Virus record (IMG/VR): IMGVR_UViG_3300017816_000002
Length of the DNA stretch: 36,280 bases
Direction: 5' to 3' (one strand)
Origin: a virus
Part shown: positions 17,645 through 24,810 of the stretch, piece by piece
How the letters are laid out: every line of letters begins with the position of its first letter
Numbering within the stretch: position 1 is the first letter of the stretch
The notes under the pieces: generated by a model
Told to the model about the DNA's origin: nothing
The model's input: the letters and a program-made list of their open reading frames with translations, nothing else
Databases searched by the model: none
Position numbers and translations under genes: made by a program

Positions 17645-17673
17645 AGTAAATCACGACTGCGCGGCGCAGTCAA
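17645..17673 (-). promoter_or_regulatory. Candidate sigma70 promoter of the three-gene cassette with an overlapping palindromic operator
   Basis: Minus-strand TTGACT (17668-17673), a 17-nt spacer, then TTTACT (17645-17650). The perfect 17-nt palindrome GACTGCGC-G-GCGCAGTC (17655-17671) spans the -35 and the spacer. Confidence 0.5.
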
Positions 17674-17708
17674 CAGGGCGCGGCGACCGTTCGTCGGGAA
17701 ATGGGCGG

Positions 17709-18896
17709 TCAGCCGCCTCCCTCGATGACCCGCAGGCCAGGCGAGCGGACGCCGCAACCGAGGTAGTCCGCCCAGTCCTCCATGAGCCGCCGGCGCCGCT
17801 CCAGCAGGTTGCCGCGCCGGTAGGCCGCCTCGGCCCTGTTCCGGATCGCATGGGCCAATGCCATCTCGACCAGCTCGTTCGGGAACTCGGTCGTCTCTGC
17901 CGCCCAGTCGCGGAAGCTGGACCGGAAGCCGTGGACAGTGAACGGCAGCCCGTAGCCCTTCGGCGGCGCCTTCTGGACCAGGTACAGCATCGCGTTCTCG
18001 GAGAGGGCGAAGGGCGGTCGGTCCCGCGGTAAACCCCGCAGGATGGCGATCGCCGCGGCCGTCAGCGGCACCTGATGCGCCCGGCCGCCCTTCATGCGCT
18101 CGGCGGGGATCGTCCAGACCGCAGCGGCCAGGTCGAACTCCGGCCAGTCCGCCCCCGTGACCTCGCCGGTGCGCGCCGCCGTCAGGATGGTGAACCGCAG
18201 CGCACGCCGCGCCGCGCCGTCCCGCTCCGCCAGCCGGGCCATGAACCCCGGCACGTCCGCGTAGGGCATCGCCTCATGGTGTCGGCGCTTGCCCACCTTC
18301 GACGGCTTGGGTAGGAGCTTGTCCAGGTGCCCGCGCCAGCGCGCCGGGTTGTCGCCGGTCCGCAGGCCGTGCACCCGCGCCCAGTCCAGCACGCGCTCGA
18401 TGCGGCCGCGCACCCGGTTGGCCGTCTCGGTTTTCGTGGCCCAAATCGGCTGCAGGCAGGCCATGACCGCGGCGGTGTCCACAGACTCGACCGGCAGGTC
18501 TGCGGCTGGCCCGTAGTCCCGCAGCGACTGCCGCCACTGGTCGGCCTGGGCGCGGTTCTTCCAGCCCGCCTCCAGGCTGGCGATAAGAGCGCCAGCGCAC
18601 TCGCCGAACGTGCGGCCCGCGGCCGCTGCAGCCGCCCGCTCCGCCAGCGGGTCCAGCCCGTTGGCCAGCACCTTGCGCTGCGCCAGGGCGGCGCTCCTGG
18701 CCTCCTGCAGGCTGACCAGCGCGGCGGATCCCAGCCCCATCTCCCGGCGCCGGCCCCGCAACTGGTAGCGCAGCACCCAGGATTTGGCCCCGGTGGGACC
18801 GATCAGCAGGTACAGGCCGCCGCCGTCGGCGTAGTAGCCGGGGTTCCGCAGGGTCTGGATCGCCCGCGCGCTCAGGCGGTTAATTGGCCGCGCCAT
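17709..18896 (-). CDS. int: Tyrosine integrase (P4-type, DUF4102 arm-binding N-terminus)
   Basis: 395 aa. N-terminus LSARAIQTL...YYADGGGLYLLIGPTGAKSWVLRYQLRGRRREMGLGS. C-terminal catalytic region has HGFRSSFRDWAAE and LAHAIRNRAEAAYRRG (the R..H..R..Y set). Confidence 0.95.
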   Translation of the reverse strand: MARPINRLSARAIQTLRNPGYYADGGGLYLLIGPTGAKSWVLRYQLRGRRREMGLGSAALVSLQEARSAALAQRKVLANGLDPLAERAAAAAAGRTFGECAGALIASLEAGWKNRAQADQWRQSLRDYGPAADLPVESVDTAAVMACLQPIWATKTETANRVRGRIERVLDWARVHGLRTGDNPARWRGHLDKLLPKPSKVGKRRHHEAMPYADVPGFMARLAERDGAARRALRFTILTAARTGEVTGADWPEFDLAAAVWTIPAERMKGGRAHQVPLTAAAIAILRGLPRDRPPFALSENAMLYLVQKAPPKGYGLPFTVHGFRSSFRDWAAETTEFPNELVEMALAHAIRNRAEAAYRRGNLLERRRRLMEDWADYLGCGVRSPGLRVIEGGG

Positions 18897-18909
18897 AGTG
18901 CCCCACCAT

Positions 18910-18921
18910 CTGCCCCATGTT
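18910..18921. repeat. GCCCCATGTT motif copy immediately upstream of the int start
   Basis: CTGCCCCATGTT lies 14-25 nt upstream of int ATG 18896. The same 10-mer occurs twice in tandem at 19097-19119. Confidence 0.6.
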
Positions 18922-19096
18922 TCCCCTCGCGATTGCTGGAAACGGGAGGATATGGCGGGGGAATCTCACCGAATGCGATTGAGGGCTCATGAGCGGCGCT
19001 GATAGGGGCAGAGAGGCGATAATCGGCCTCTCACTCCGCCAGATCAACCCCCGGAGGCCCGCAGCGATGCGGGCTTCCGGTTATCCGGGGCAGGTC

Positions 19097-19119
19097 GCCC
19101 CATGTTCTGCCCCATGTTC
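19097..19119. repeat. Tandem GCCCCATGTTC repeats next to the xis stop (candidate Int/Xis arm-type sites)
   Basis: GCCCCATGTTC followed by TGCCCCATGTTC, head to tail, ending 3 nt before the xis stop codon. Confidence 0.6.
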
Positions 19120-19121
19120 CG

Positions 19122-19403
19122 TTACGCGGCCCGCTGCTGGCGCCCGGCGGCCAGGGCATCGATCCAGGCCTCGATCTCCGAGGACAGCCAGCGCGAGGCG
19201 GTGCCCACCTTGACCGGCCGCGGGAACTCGCCGGCGGCGATCATGCGGTAGACGGTGGCCTGGCTGAGGCTCACCGAGGCCAGCACGTCGCTGAGCGTCA
19301 TCAGGCGGGTGACGGTAGGGGATGGCGCGGTCTTGTCGTTGCTCTCGGTCATGCTGCCTCCTCGTTCAGCGGTCATGGGGCGGCTCCTGGTGTCGTTGCT
19401 CAT
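19122..19403 (-). CDS. xis: AlpA-family excisionase / DNA-binding protein
   Basis: LMTLSDVLASVSLSQATVYRMIAAGEFPRPVKVGTASRWLSSEIEAWI is the AlpA/Xis HTH signature. ATG 19403 is ATGA-coupled with a GGAGG SD. An internal ATG at 19352 also has an AGGAGG SD, so the start is uncertain. Confidence 0.85.
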   Translation of the reverse strand: MSNDTRSRPMTAERGGSMTESNDKTAPSPTVTRLMTLSDVLASVSLSQATVYRMIAAGEFPRPVKVGTASRWLSSEIEAWIDALAAGRQQRAA

Positions 19404-19762
19404 CGCTCAGTCCTCCAGTCGATCCCACGCTTGGCCAACACGCGGCGGGCCGCGTGCGTTTGCGCCTTGTCCTCATGGCCGTTGGCGGCCTCCAGCAATC
19501 GCTCGATGCGCGACGGCGGGCGAACCTTGCCCTCTGCTACCAGGCGCTGGTACTCCTCCCACAGCTCCGACCGGCGTTGGGCCAGGTCCGCGTTGCGCTC
19601 CGCCAGCGTCCGCATCTTTCGGCGCCAGTTGCTCTTGGGCATGTGGCCCGCAGGGCTGACCGCGCCGTCCTCGCAGTAATCGAGGCGGCTGGCACCGCGT
19701 AGCGTGGCGAACGTCTCGAAATCGATGGCCCGCGGGGAAACGTCGGTTTGCCGGTCAGCCAT
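19400..19762 (-). CDS. Hypothetical early protein (120 aa)
   Basis: Start ATG 19762 with a GGGAGGG SD. Basic, helical C-terminal half. Coupled to xis. Confidence 0.65.
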   Translation of the reverse strand: MADRQTDVSPRAIDFETFATLRGASRLDYCEDGAVSPAGHMPKSNWRRKMRTLAERNADLAQRRSELWEEYQRLVAEGKVRPPSRIERLLEAANGHEDKAQTHAARRVLAKRGIDWRTER

Positions 19763-19958
19763 TCCCGCCCTCCCTCTCATGTCCGGGGTCCGGCGGGGCG
19801 GGATGCTTGGCGAGTTTTTCCAGCACGGCGGAAGTGAAGGCGCCGACGATGACTGCTGAGAAGCCCAAGACGAAGTGCCCGTGATAGCAGGCGAAGTAGG
19901 CGCCGCCCAACCACAGCGCGTCGTATCGGCTGAATAACGGAGCCGTCAGCCACTTCAC
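19755..19958 (-). CDS. Small membrane protein (67 aa, GTG start)
   Basis: GTG 19958 overlaps the stop of the DUF551 gene (GTGA), with a GGAGG upstream. Hydrophobic stretch LWLGGAYFACYHGHFVLGFSAVIVGAFTSAVL. Confidence 0.55.
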   Translation of the reverse strand: MKWLTAPLFSRYDALWLGGAYFACYHGHFVLGFSAVIVGAFTSAVLEKLAKHPAPPDPGHEREGGNG

Positions 19959-20467
19959 TTCCCCACCTCCTGCCCAGCCTTCCCCCGCGCCTGGTCGATG
20001 GTGGGTGGTGCGGGGAGCGGACGCCAGTGGGTTACGCGGTATCCGTAGGCAGTAGCCAAGCCAACACAGCAGTCCAAATACCAATCGGTGCATTCCCAGT
20101 ATCCTTTCCGGACCGATGGAGTAGTCCCGTCTCCGCAGTCCACCACAAGGAGCAGCCGTTTCCCGAATCCGTTTGCGCCTATGTCGGGCTTGGGCGCCGT
20201 CTCAATCGGCTGCCAGCCGTCCTCCCGCGCCGCTGCCAGCAGGCCGAGTTCGTAGCCGTTCTGCTTTGCTTCGGCCGCATCCTCCTGCGCCGCTTCCAGC
20301 GCGTCGGCGGCTTCGCGGAGCAGCTCACGGAAGTCGTCGGGGCGCATGTCCACAAACACGCACTTGTGCGTCGGGTCGTCCGGCATCCTCTCTGCGTCGT
20401 CGGTCGGCTCCCACTTCACGGCGCGCAGCCTATCGATCAACTTGCTCACTGCTTCGTCGATTTTCAT
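19955..20467 (-). CDS. DUF551-domain protein (170 aa)
   Basis: C-terminus DGWQPIETAPKP...LLLVV...GYWECTDWY...VTHWRPLPAPP matches the DUF551 signature. GAAGGAG SD and an ATGA overlap with the upstream gene. Confidence 0.8.
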   Translation of the reverse strand: MKIDEAVSKLIDRLRAVKWEPTDDAERMPDDPTHKCVFVDMRPDDFRELLREAADALEAAQEDAAEAKQNGYELGLLAAAREDGWQPIETAPKPDIGANGFGKRLLLVVDCGDGTTPSVRKGYWECTDWYLDCCVGLATAYGYRVTHWRPLPAPPTIDQARGKAGQEVGK

Positions 20468-20733
20468 GCTTGCTCCTTCATCGCCAGGATGGCGTCTCGG
20501 ACGTCCGCCAGCGCGGCGCGCGTCCACTCGCATGCAATCTCGCCCGCGGCGGAGTTGCCGACCGGAATGCGGTACTCCTCGATGACTTTGATTGCTTCCT
20601 CCAGCGCGGCGTTGCGGACGAGGGTGGCGAAGTATTCATCTCGCAATCCAATGCGGTTCTTGCCGCCGATATCCATCGCATCAGCGTAAGCATCTGCCCG
20701 CAAAGCGAACTCAATGATCTCGTTGGTGGTCAT
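20464..20733 (-). CDS. Hypothetical early protein (89 aa)
   Basis: Translationally coupled at both ends. Acidic and helical. Confidence 0.65.
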   Translation of the reverse strand: MTTNEIIEFALRADAYADAMDIGGKNRIGLRDEYFATLVRNAALEEAIKVIEEYRIPVGNSAAGEIACEWTRAALADVRDAILAMKEQA

Positions 20734-20936
20734 TTGGCAGGATCTTCAGGCATACGGATAAAAGTCGGATGGGGGAAGCCCTGTGCCTTCTTCCATCCGA
20801 TCCATTTTTTCTCAGGCGGCGTCTGGGCTTCGTTGTTCTTGTGCCCCAGAATTTGGTAGTCGGTTTCTTGAACTACCTCCCCGTCGTTGAGCAAGCGCCC
20901 GCCCTTTTCCAACAGCGTGTGGTAATACTCGGTCAT
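20730..20936 (-). CDS. Hypothetical early protein (68 aa) in a locally lower-GC patch
   Basis: Start ATG 20936 (ATGA overlap). [22 protein letters not shown]... The upstream part of the track ORF looks off-frame. Confidence 0.55.
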   Translation of the reverse strand: MTEYYHTLLEKGGRLLNDGEVVQETDYQILGHKNNEAQTPPEKKWIGWKKAQGFPHPTFIRMPEDPAK

Positions 20937-21202
20937 TTCACTTCTCCAGCCGTGCTCCCCAACCGCTCGCGCAGGGCGGCGACGACAAAATCCAAGTCTT
21001 GAGCAATCCCCCCGAACTCTGCGCACTCAGGAATCCTTGCTTTAAGGGTCTGCACCATGGCCGCCTGGTGCGCGCGGCTCAACACCTCCAGCGCCTGCCG
21101 CAACAGGGCTTCGTCGCGGATGACCCGCCCAACGGCGCACTCGTAGTGCTTCGGCCCCCAGCTCCAGCAGCCGGGACCGTGTGTGCTTTGGCGGTCAGTC
21201 AT
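20933..21202 (-). CDS. Hypothetical early protein (89 aa)
   Basis: Coupled gene chain with good GC3. Confidence 0.62.
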   Translation of the reverse strand: MTDRQSTHGPGCWSWGPKHYECAVGRVIRDEALLRQALEVLSRAHQAAMVQTLKARIPECAEFGGIAQDLDFVVAALRERLGSTAGEVK

Positions 21203-21614
21203 TGCGGTCCTCCTGGGCTAGGGCGGCGTTCGCCCGCTCATACGGCTCGTTGCACTCGGGCAGATGCTGGGCCGCGAACGCCAGCGCACGCCGCGCCGCC
21301 CGCAACTCCTCCGCCAGCCGCTCGGCGCGGGCTTGGATTGCGCGCACGCTGTCCGGAATGTCGTGATAGCTCCATTTCGTCATATCGGGCTCCGGCCCCT
21401 TGATGACGATGGCAGTCTCGGCAAGCACCCGCGCCAGCTTGTCCACCACGGCGTCGGACTCCTCCACCTCCGCCCGCAGCGCCTCGATCTCTGCGTCCTT
21501 GGCTGCGGTGGCGTGGGCGACGTTGGCGCAGGCGTAGTCGCGCACATGCTGCTGCACGCGCTCACTCTGGTGCGCGAAATGTTCCGGCAGCGGCAGCAGC
21601 TTAACGTTAGCCAT
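21195..21614 (-). CDS. Hypothetical early protein (139 aa, coiled-coil-like)
   Basis: Start ATG 21614 with a GGAGG SD 6 nt upstream. [25 protein letters not shown] is a heptad-like segment. Confidence 0.65.
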   Translation of the reverse strand: MANVKLLPLPEHFAHQSERVQQHVRDYACANVAHATAAKDAEIEALRAEVEESDAVVDKLARVLAETAIVIKGPEPDMTKWSYHDIPDSVRAIQARAERLAEELRAARRALAFAAQHLPECNEPYERANAALAQEDRND

Positions 21615-21744
21615 GGGGCACCTCCGTGTCGCGCAGGTATGCGTCAATGGCGTCGATGGCGTCGATCAGGGCGCGGTCCTCACGGATGCGCCACTGGCGC
21701 TCGGCCATGCTCGGGCCGAACAGGAATCGAATCAGTCGGCGCAT
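21607..21744 (-). CDS. Hypothetical small protein (45 aa)
   Basis: ATG 21744 overlaps the upstream stop (TGATG). High GC3. Confidence 0.5.
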   Translation of the reverse strand: MRRLIRFLFGPSMAERQWRIREDRALIDAIDAIDAYLRDTEVPHG

Positions 21745-22028
21745 CACTTCGCACCTCCCTGCTGCTGGGCTGCGTGATAGAGCGCAGCGCACGGGTGAGT
21801 TTCGGGCTGGAAGTAGCCAGCCCCGTTGTACCCGCACAAGTAGCACGGGGCTTTGCGGAACCTCGCCCTATCCACGGCAGCGGGCTGCTGGGCGAGGGCG
21901 GCTTCCAGCTCGCGGGCGCATGCCATAAGAGTTTCGCGGATATCGGAGCCAGCATCACCCTTGAAAAACTCTGCGGCGTCGCGCCACTGGTCGGGCAGCG
22001 CCCGCACCGGGTCTGTGTTGTTGGTCAT
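21744..22028 (-). CDS. Hypothetical early protein (94 aa)
   Basis: Coupled gene chain. Carries a Cys/His cluster (CYLCGYNGAGYFQPETHPC). Confidence 0.62.
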   Translation of the reverse strand: MTNNTDPVRALPDQWRDAAEFFKGDAGSDIRETLMACARELEAALAQQPAAVDRARFRKAPCYLCGYNGAGYFQPETHPCAALYHAAQQQGGAK

Positions 22029-22192
22029 GGTGTCAGCGCCTCCAGGCGCTCGGCCTCGTTGATGTAGTAGCGGTAGCGCGCGTGGTCGTCGGGGAACTGC
22101 GCCCGGCTCGTCTCGGCCTGGATGCGCCAGAGTTCGGCGTGCCGGCGCGGGTCGTCCCGGTACAGGTCGCGCTGGGTGGTGTCGGATCGCAT
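22025..22192 (-). CDS. Hypothetical small protein (55 aa)
   Basis: ATG 22192 lies 7 nt after the SSB stop with a GAGGA SD. Very high GC3. Confidence 0.55.
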   Translation of the reverse strand: MRSDTTQRDLYRDDPRRHAELWRIQAETSRAQFPDDHARYRYYINEAERLEALTP

Positions 22193-22199
22193 GGCGTCC

Positions 22200-22529
22200 T
22201 CAGAACGGGATGTCGTCATCGAAGCTGTCACCGGTAACCGGGGTTTGTGCCGCGGCCTGTCGCGTGCTGGCGCCCCGACCCCGATGCGGAGGCGCACTGC
22301 ACTGCTGGCCGCTGCGCTCCCGGTCCGGCTTCCACTGGTCCACGGCCACGTACCACTTGCCGCTGCTGCCGCTAACCTTGACCTCAGCATTGATCCACTC
22401 GCCGTCCTGCTGCTGCAGCCAGGCGATCAGCTCCTCGCGCCTGATCGACAGCTTGGCCTTGACGTACTCGGGCGCGTTCTCGTTCGGCGCCTTGGCCATC
22501 AGGCCGTCGATGAATTTGGTGTCGCCCAT
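22200..22529 (-). CDS. Short non-canonical single-stranded-DNA-binding-like protein with an SSB acidic tip
   Basis: 109 aa ending DSFDDDIPF, the canonical SSB C-terminal protein-interaction tip. The N-terminal ~70 aa do not look like the classical SSB OB-fold opening. Lies in the RecT/exonuclease recombination module. Confidence 0.7.
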   Translation of the reverse strand: MGDTKFIDGLMAKAPNENAPEYVKAKLSIRREELIAWLQQQDGEWINAEVKVSGSSGKWYVAVDQWKPDRERSGQQCSAPPHRGRGASTRQAAAQTPVTGDSFDDDIPF

Positions 22530-22576
22530 GTCTGCTCCGGTGGAATAGGTGGCCGTCTTTCCGGCCTGTCACTCGG

Positions 22577-22729
22577 TTACGGCTCCGAGGTCGCTTCTAC
22601 GACCGATCTGCGGCTCACCGAGGGGAGCGGCTCGCCGCTGGGTGCGCCCCGAGGGGAGGCGGGGCGCGGGGCCGGCGCAGGGGAGGGCGCCGGGGTTGGG
22701 TGGGGAGGGCCGGTGCTGATCTCCGGCAT
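22577..22729 (-). CDS. Candidate proline-rich small ORF (50 aa) in the RecT-SSB spacer
   Basis: ATG 22729 to TAA 22577 gives MPEISTGPPHPTPAPSPAPAPRPASPRGAPSGEPLPS... There is no convincing SD. It may simply be the translation of the C-rich strand. Confidence 0.2.
   Translation of the reverse strand: MPEISTGPPHPTPAPSPAPAPRPASPRGAPSGEPLPSVSRRSVVEATSEP
22591..22601. repeat. 11-mer TCGCTTCTACG, copy 1 (flanks the G tract)
   Basis: An exact copy recurs at 22765-22775. Confidence 0.7.
22653..22709 (+). repeat. Dense G-run tract (G-quadruplex-prone on the + strand, C-rich in early-left mRNA)
   Basis: GGGGAGGCGGGGCGCGGGGCCGGCGCAGGGGAGGGCGCCGGGGTTGGGTGGGGAGGG has at least 9 runs of G3-4 within 57 nt. 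Confidence 0.7.
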
Positions 22730-22764
22730 TGCCTACGTCAGGGGCCTATCGGCAGTTCATCCCC

Positions 22765-22775
22765 TCGCTTCTACG
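22765..22775. repeat. 11-mer TCGCTTCTACG, copy 2
   Basis: Exact direct repeat of 22591-22601, 174 bp away. Confidence 0.7.
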
Positions 22776-22808
22776 TCGCGCATCAGCCTGCGCATTCCTC
22801 CCCATAGC

Positions 22809-23876
22809 TCACTTCGCCGCCATATCCAGCGCGTCTCGGCGGAGTTCGTAAGCCTGGACCAGCTGCGGCTGGGCATCGGCAGGCAGCATCCGCCCCAGGT
22901 CATAGGCAGCGTCCAGCGCGTCCACGTCCTGCGCGGACTGGATGCCGGCGAGCACGTCGGCGAGGGTCGGGGCTTGCGGATCGGTCGGCTGCTCGGGCTG
23001 AGGCTTGGGCGCGCGCGCCTTCACCTTTTCGCGCAGACTCGCCGCAGCCGGAGCAGACTCGGCCGCCGCCTCGTCGACCTCGAACCAGTCGGCAGGCACG
23101 CTCATGCCGTCGCGCAGGCTCGCCCAGATCTTCTTGAGCTGGACCACCTGCGCCGGGCGCGTTGCCTCAAGTCGGCACTGATTGCGCTTCTCGATCTGCT
23201 GCTGCGTCACGCCGAACTGGTCGAATGCGGCCACCAGCTTCTTGAGGCCCTCGGCGGAGGTGTCGGCGCTGGCCTTCATGGTCTGCTCGCACTGCTTGAC
23301 TGCGGCCTCGATCACATCGCCCGGGATCACGCCCAGGATGCAGGCACGCAGCCGGCGTGCGCCCTGGTTGGCCACCAGCTCGTACACATCGCGCGGATCC
23401 TCCAGCCGCTTCGCGCCCTGCCGGGTGTGCCGGACGTGCGGCACCTGGAACACCTTCACCTGACGGGTGTTCGTCTCGATATCCCACGCGAAGGCTTCGA
23501 CGGACGACTCGCCGTTGCGCTGCTCAAGCTCACGGATGCCGAACTGCACGTTGCCCCAGCACTGGGCGGCGACCTCGGCCAAGCGGATGCTCGGGCCGGT
23601 CACGTCGCTGCCGCCGCGGCTGTAGCTGTAGAGCGCGCCCTCGGCGAGGGTGGGGCGGGTGCAGGCCTGCAGGATGCGGTCCATGGCCGCGATGGGGTCG
23701 CGCGGGAACTTCTTGGCGATGACCATGGCCGCTTGCACCTCGGCAATCTCGCGCTGCTGGCCGGCGTCGGCCATGGCGTTGTTGCTGGCGCGGGTGGCGA
23801 TCGATGCGCTGCCGAACGGGTTGGCGCCGGCGGCGACGGGGGTGGTGTTCTGCTGGTGGTTGGCGATGGCGTTCAT
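22809..23876 (-). CDS. recT: RecT-family single-strand annealing recombinase
   Basis: 355 aa. GPSIRLAEVAAQCWGNVQFGIRE...FAWDIETNT...LVANQGARRLRACILGVIP is RecT-like. Directly downstream of the YqaJ exonuclease. Confidence 0.82.
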   Translation of the reverse strand: MNAIANHQQNTTPVAAGANPFGSASIATRASNNAMADAGQQREIAEVQAAMVIAKKFPRDPIAAMDRILQACTRPTLAEGALYSYSRGGSDVTGPSIRLAEVAAQCWGNVQFGIRELEQRNGESSVEAFAWDIETNTRQVKVFQVPHVRHTRQGAKRLEDPRDVYELVANQGARRLRACILGVIPGDVIEAAVKQCEQTMKASADTSAEGLKKLVAAFDQFGVTQQQIEKRNQCRLEATRPAQVVQLKKIWASLRDGMSVPADWFEVDEAAAESAPAAASLREKVKARAPKPQPEQPTDPQAPTLADVLAGIQSAQDVDALDAAYDLGRMLPADAQPQLVQAYELRRDALDMAAK

Positions 23877-23880
23877 GGGC

Positions 23881-24810
23881 TCAGTCCTTGATCAGGAGGC
23901 GACGGGAAGGGGTTCCGGGCTGGGTGAACTGCGCGGCGAGGTCGGGGTGGGCGGCCTTGAACGCCGCGGCATCGAATCGCTGGGGGGCCTTCGCGAGCTT
24001 CCAGGTCGCCAGCACCCGGCCATCGGGTCCGACCAGCGTGTCGCCGGCCTCGCCCAGGGCGTTGAGCAGGGCGGCGTCGGCGGCCTCCTTGGCGGCCTCC
24101 AGCTCCTTGATCTGCTGGCGCAGGCGCCGGGCCTCGGCCCACGCCTCCACGACGTCCGGGGCAGCCTGCACGCTGCCGGCAGCGGCCAGCCGCCCGTAAC
24201 GCTGCTGCGCCTCGGCGAAGGACACCGGCGGCGGCTCGTCGCCGCGCACGACCCGATCCCAGAACTCGGCCTCGGCCTCGATCAGGTCCGACTGCAGCGA
24301 CGGGTCGGCCTCGACCACGTAGATGCGGAAGTCGTGGCCGCCGATCAGCACAGCCACGTCGGCCACCGGAAACCCGGTCACCGCCAGGTAGTGCTGCACC
24401 TGCAGGGCATATGCATCCGGCACTTCATCGGTGCCCGGCTCGCCCCAACCGGCGCCGGTGCGCGCGGTCTTGGCCTCGAACACGCGGCGGTCCTCGGTGA
24501 AGCCGTCCAGGTTGGCGACCATGAAGTGGTGCCGCTGGTGGCGCAGCATGCCGTCAGGCACCAGCACCGCCCGCCCGGTCACGTCCGAGTAGCGCTGCCG
24601 GATCACCGGCTCCAGCAGCCGGCCCCACAGCATCGGCGCGCTGTCGGAGTCGTCGACGGCCTCGCCGCGCTTCTCGCGGTACACGTCCAGCGGGGTGCGG
24701 TAGGGCGACAGGCCCAGGATAGGCGCCACGTCGCTGCCACCGATCCCGGTCCGGCGTTCGGCCAGCCAGGCGCTGCGCTCGTCGGGGATGACCTGCAGCT
24801 GCGCGCTCAC
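23881..24810 (-). CDS. YqaJ-like (lambda Exo-type, PD-(D/E)XK) recombination exonuclease
   Basis: 309 aa. SAWLAERRTGIGGSDVAPILGLSPYRTPLDVYREKRGE...LLEPVIRQRY is the typical YqaJ N-terminal signature. Confidence 0.85.
   Translation of the reverse strand: MSAQLQVIPDERSAWLAERRTGIGGSDVAPILGLSPYRTPLDVYREKRGEAVDDSDSAPMLWGRLLEPVIRQRYSDVTGRAVLVPDGMLRHQRHHFMVANLDGFTEDRRVFEAKTARTGAGWGEPGTDEVPDAYALQVQHYLAVTGFPVADVAVLIGGHDFRIYVVEADPSLQSDLIEAEAEFWDRVVRGDEPPPVSFAEAQQRYGRLAAAGSVQAAPDVVEAWAEARRLRQQIKELEAAKEAADAALLNALGEAGDTLVGPDGRVLATWKLAKAPQRFDAAAFKAAHPDLAAQFTQPGTPSRRLLIKD

Noticed and set aside
16831-17654. Long forms of cassette ORFs (16618..16950 and 16827..17654 as listed in the track)
   Set aside because: The upstream parts are Arg/Gly/Pro-rich off-frame translations overlapping the real neighbouring genes. 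Internal ATGs at 16830 and 17261 give ATGA coupling and sensible proteins.
17645-17673. LexA (SOS) box at the cassette promoter
   Set aside because: The palindrome reads CTG-N7-CAG, not the CTGT-N8-ACAG spacing of beta/gamma-proteobacterial LexA sites. It also matches none of the other LexA consensus forms I recall.
18897-19121. tRNA gene or tRNA 3' fragment as the attP core (one segment ends ...CACTCCGCCA)
   Set aside because: No T-arm/T-loop (GGTTCGAATCC-like) or acceptor-stem pairing could be built. The CCA looks coincidental.
22653-22709. CRISPR-like or tandem-repeat array in the G-rich tract
   Set aside because: There is no repeat-spacer periodicity. It consists only of irregular G runs.
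22122-23891. 589-aa plus-strand ORF (and 23650..24897, 415 aa) covering the RecT and exonuclease genes
   Set aside because: They are antisense to recognisable RecT and YqaJ genes. The translations are junk-like (runs of G, R, L, A). These are shadow frames.
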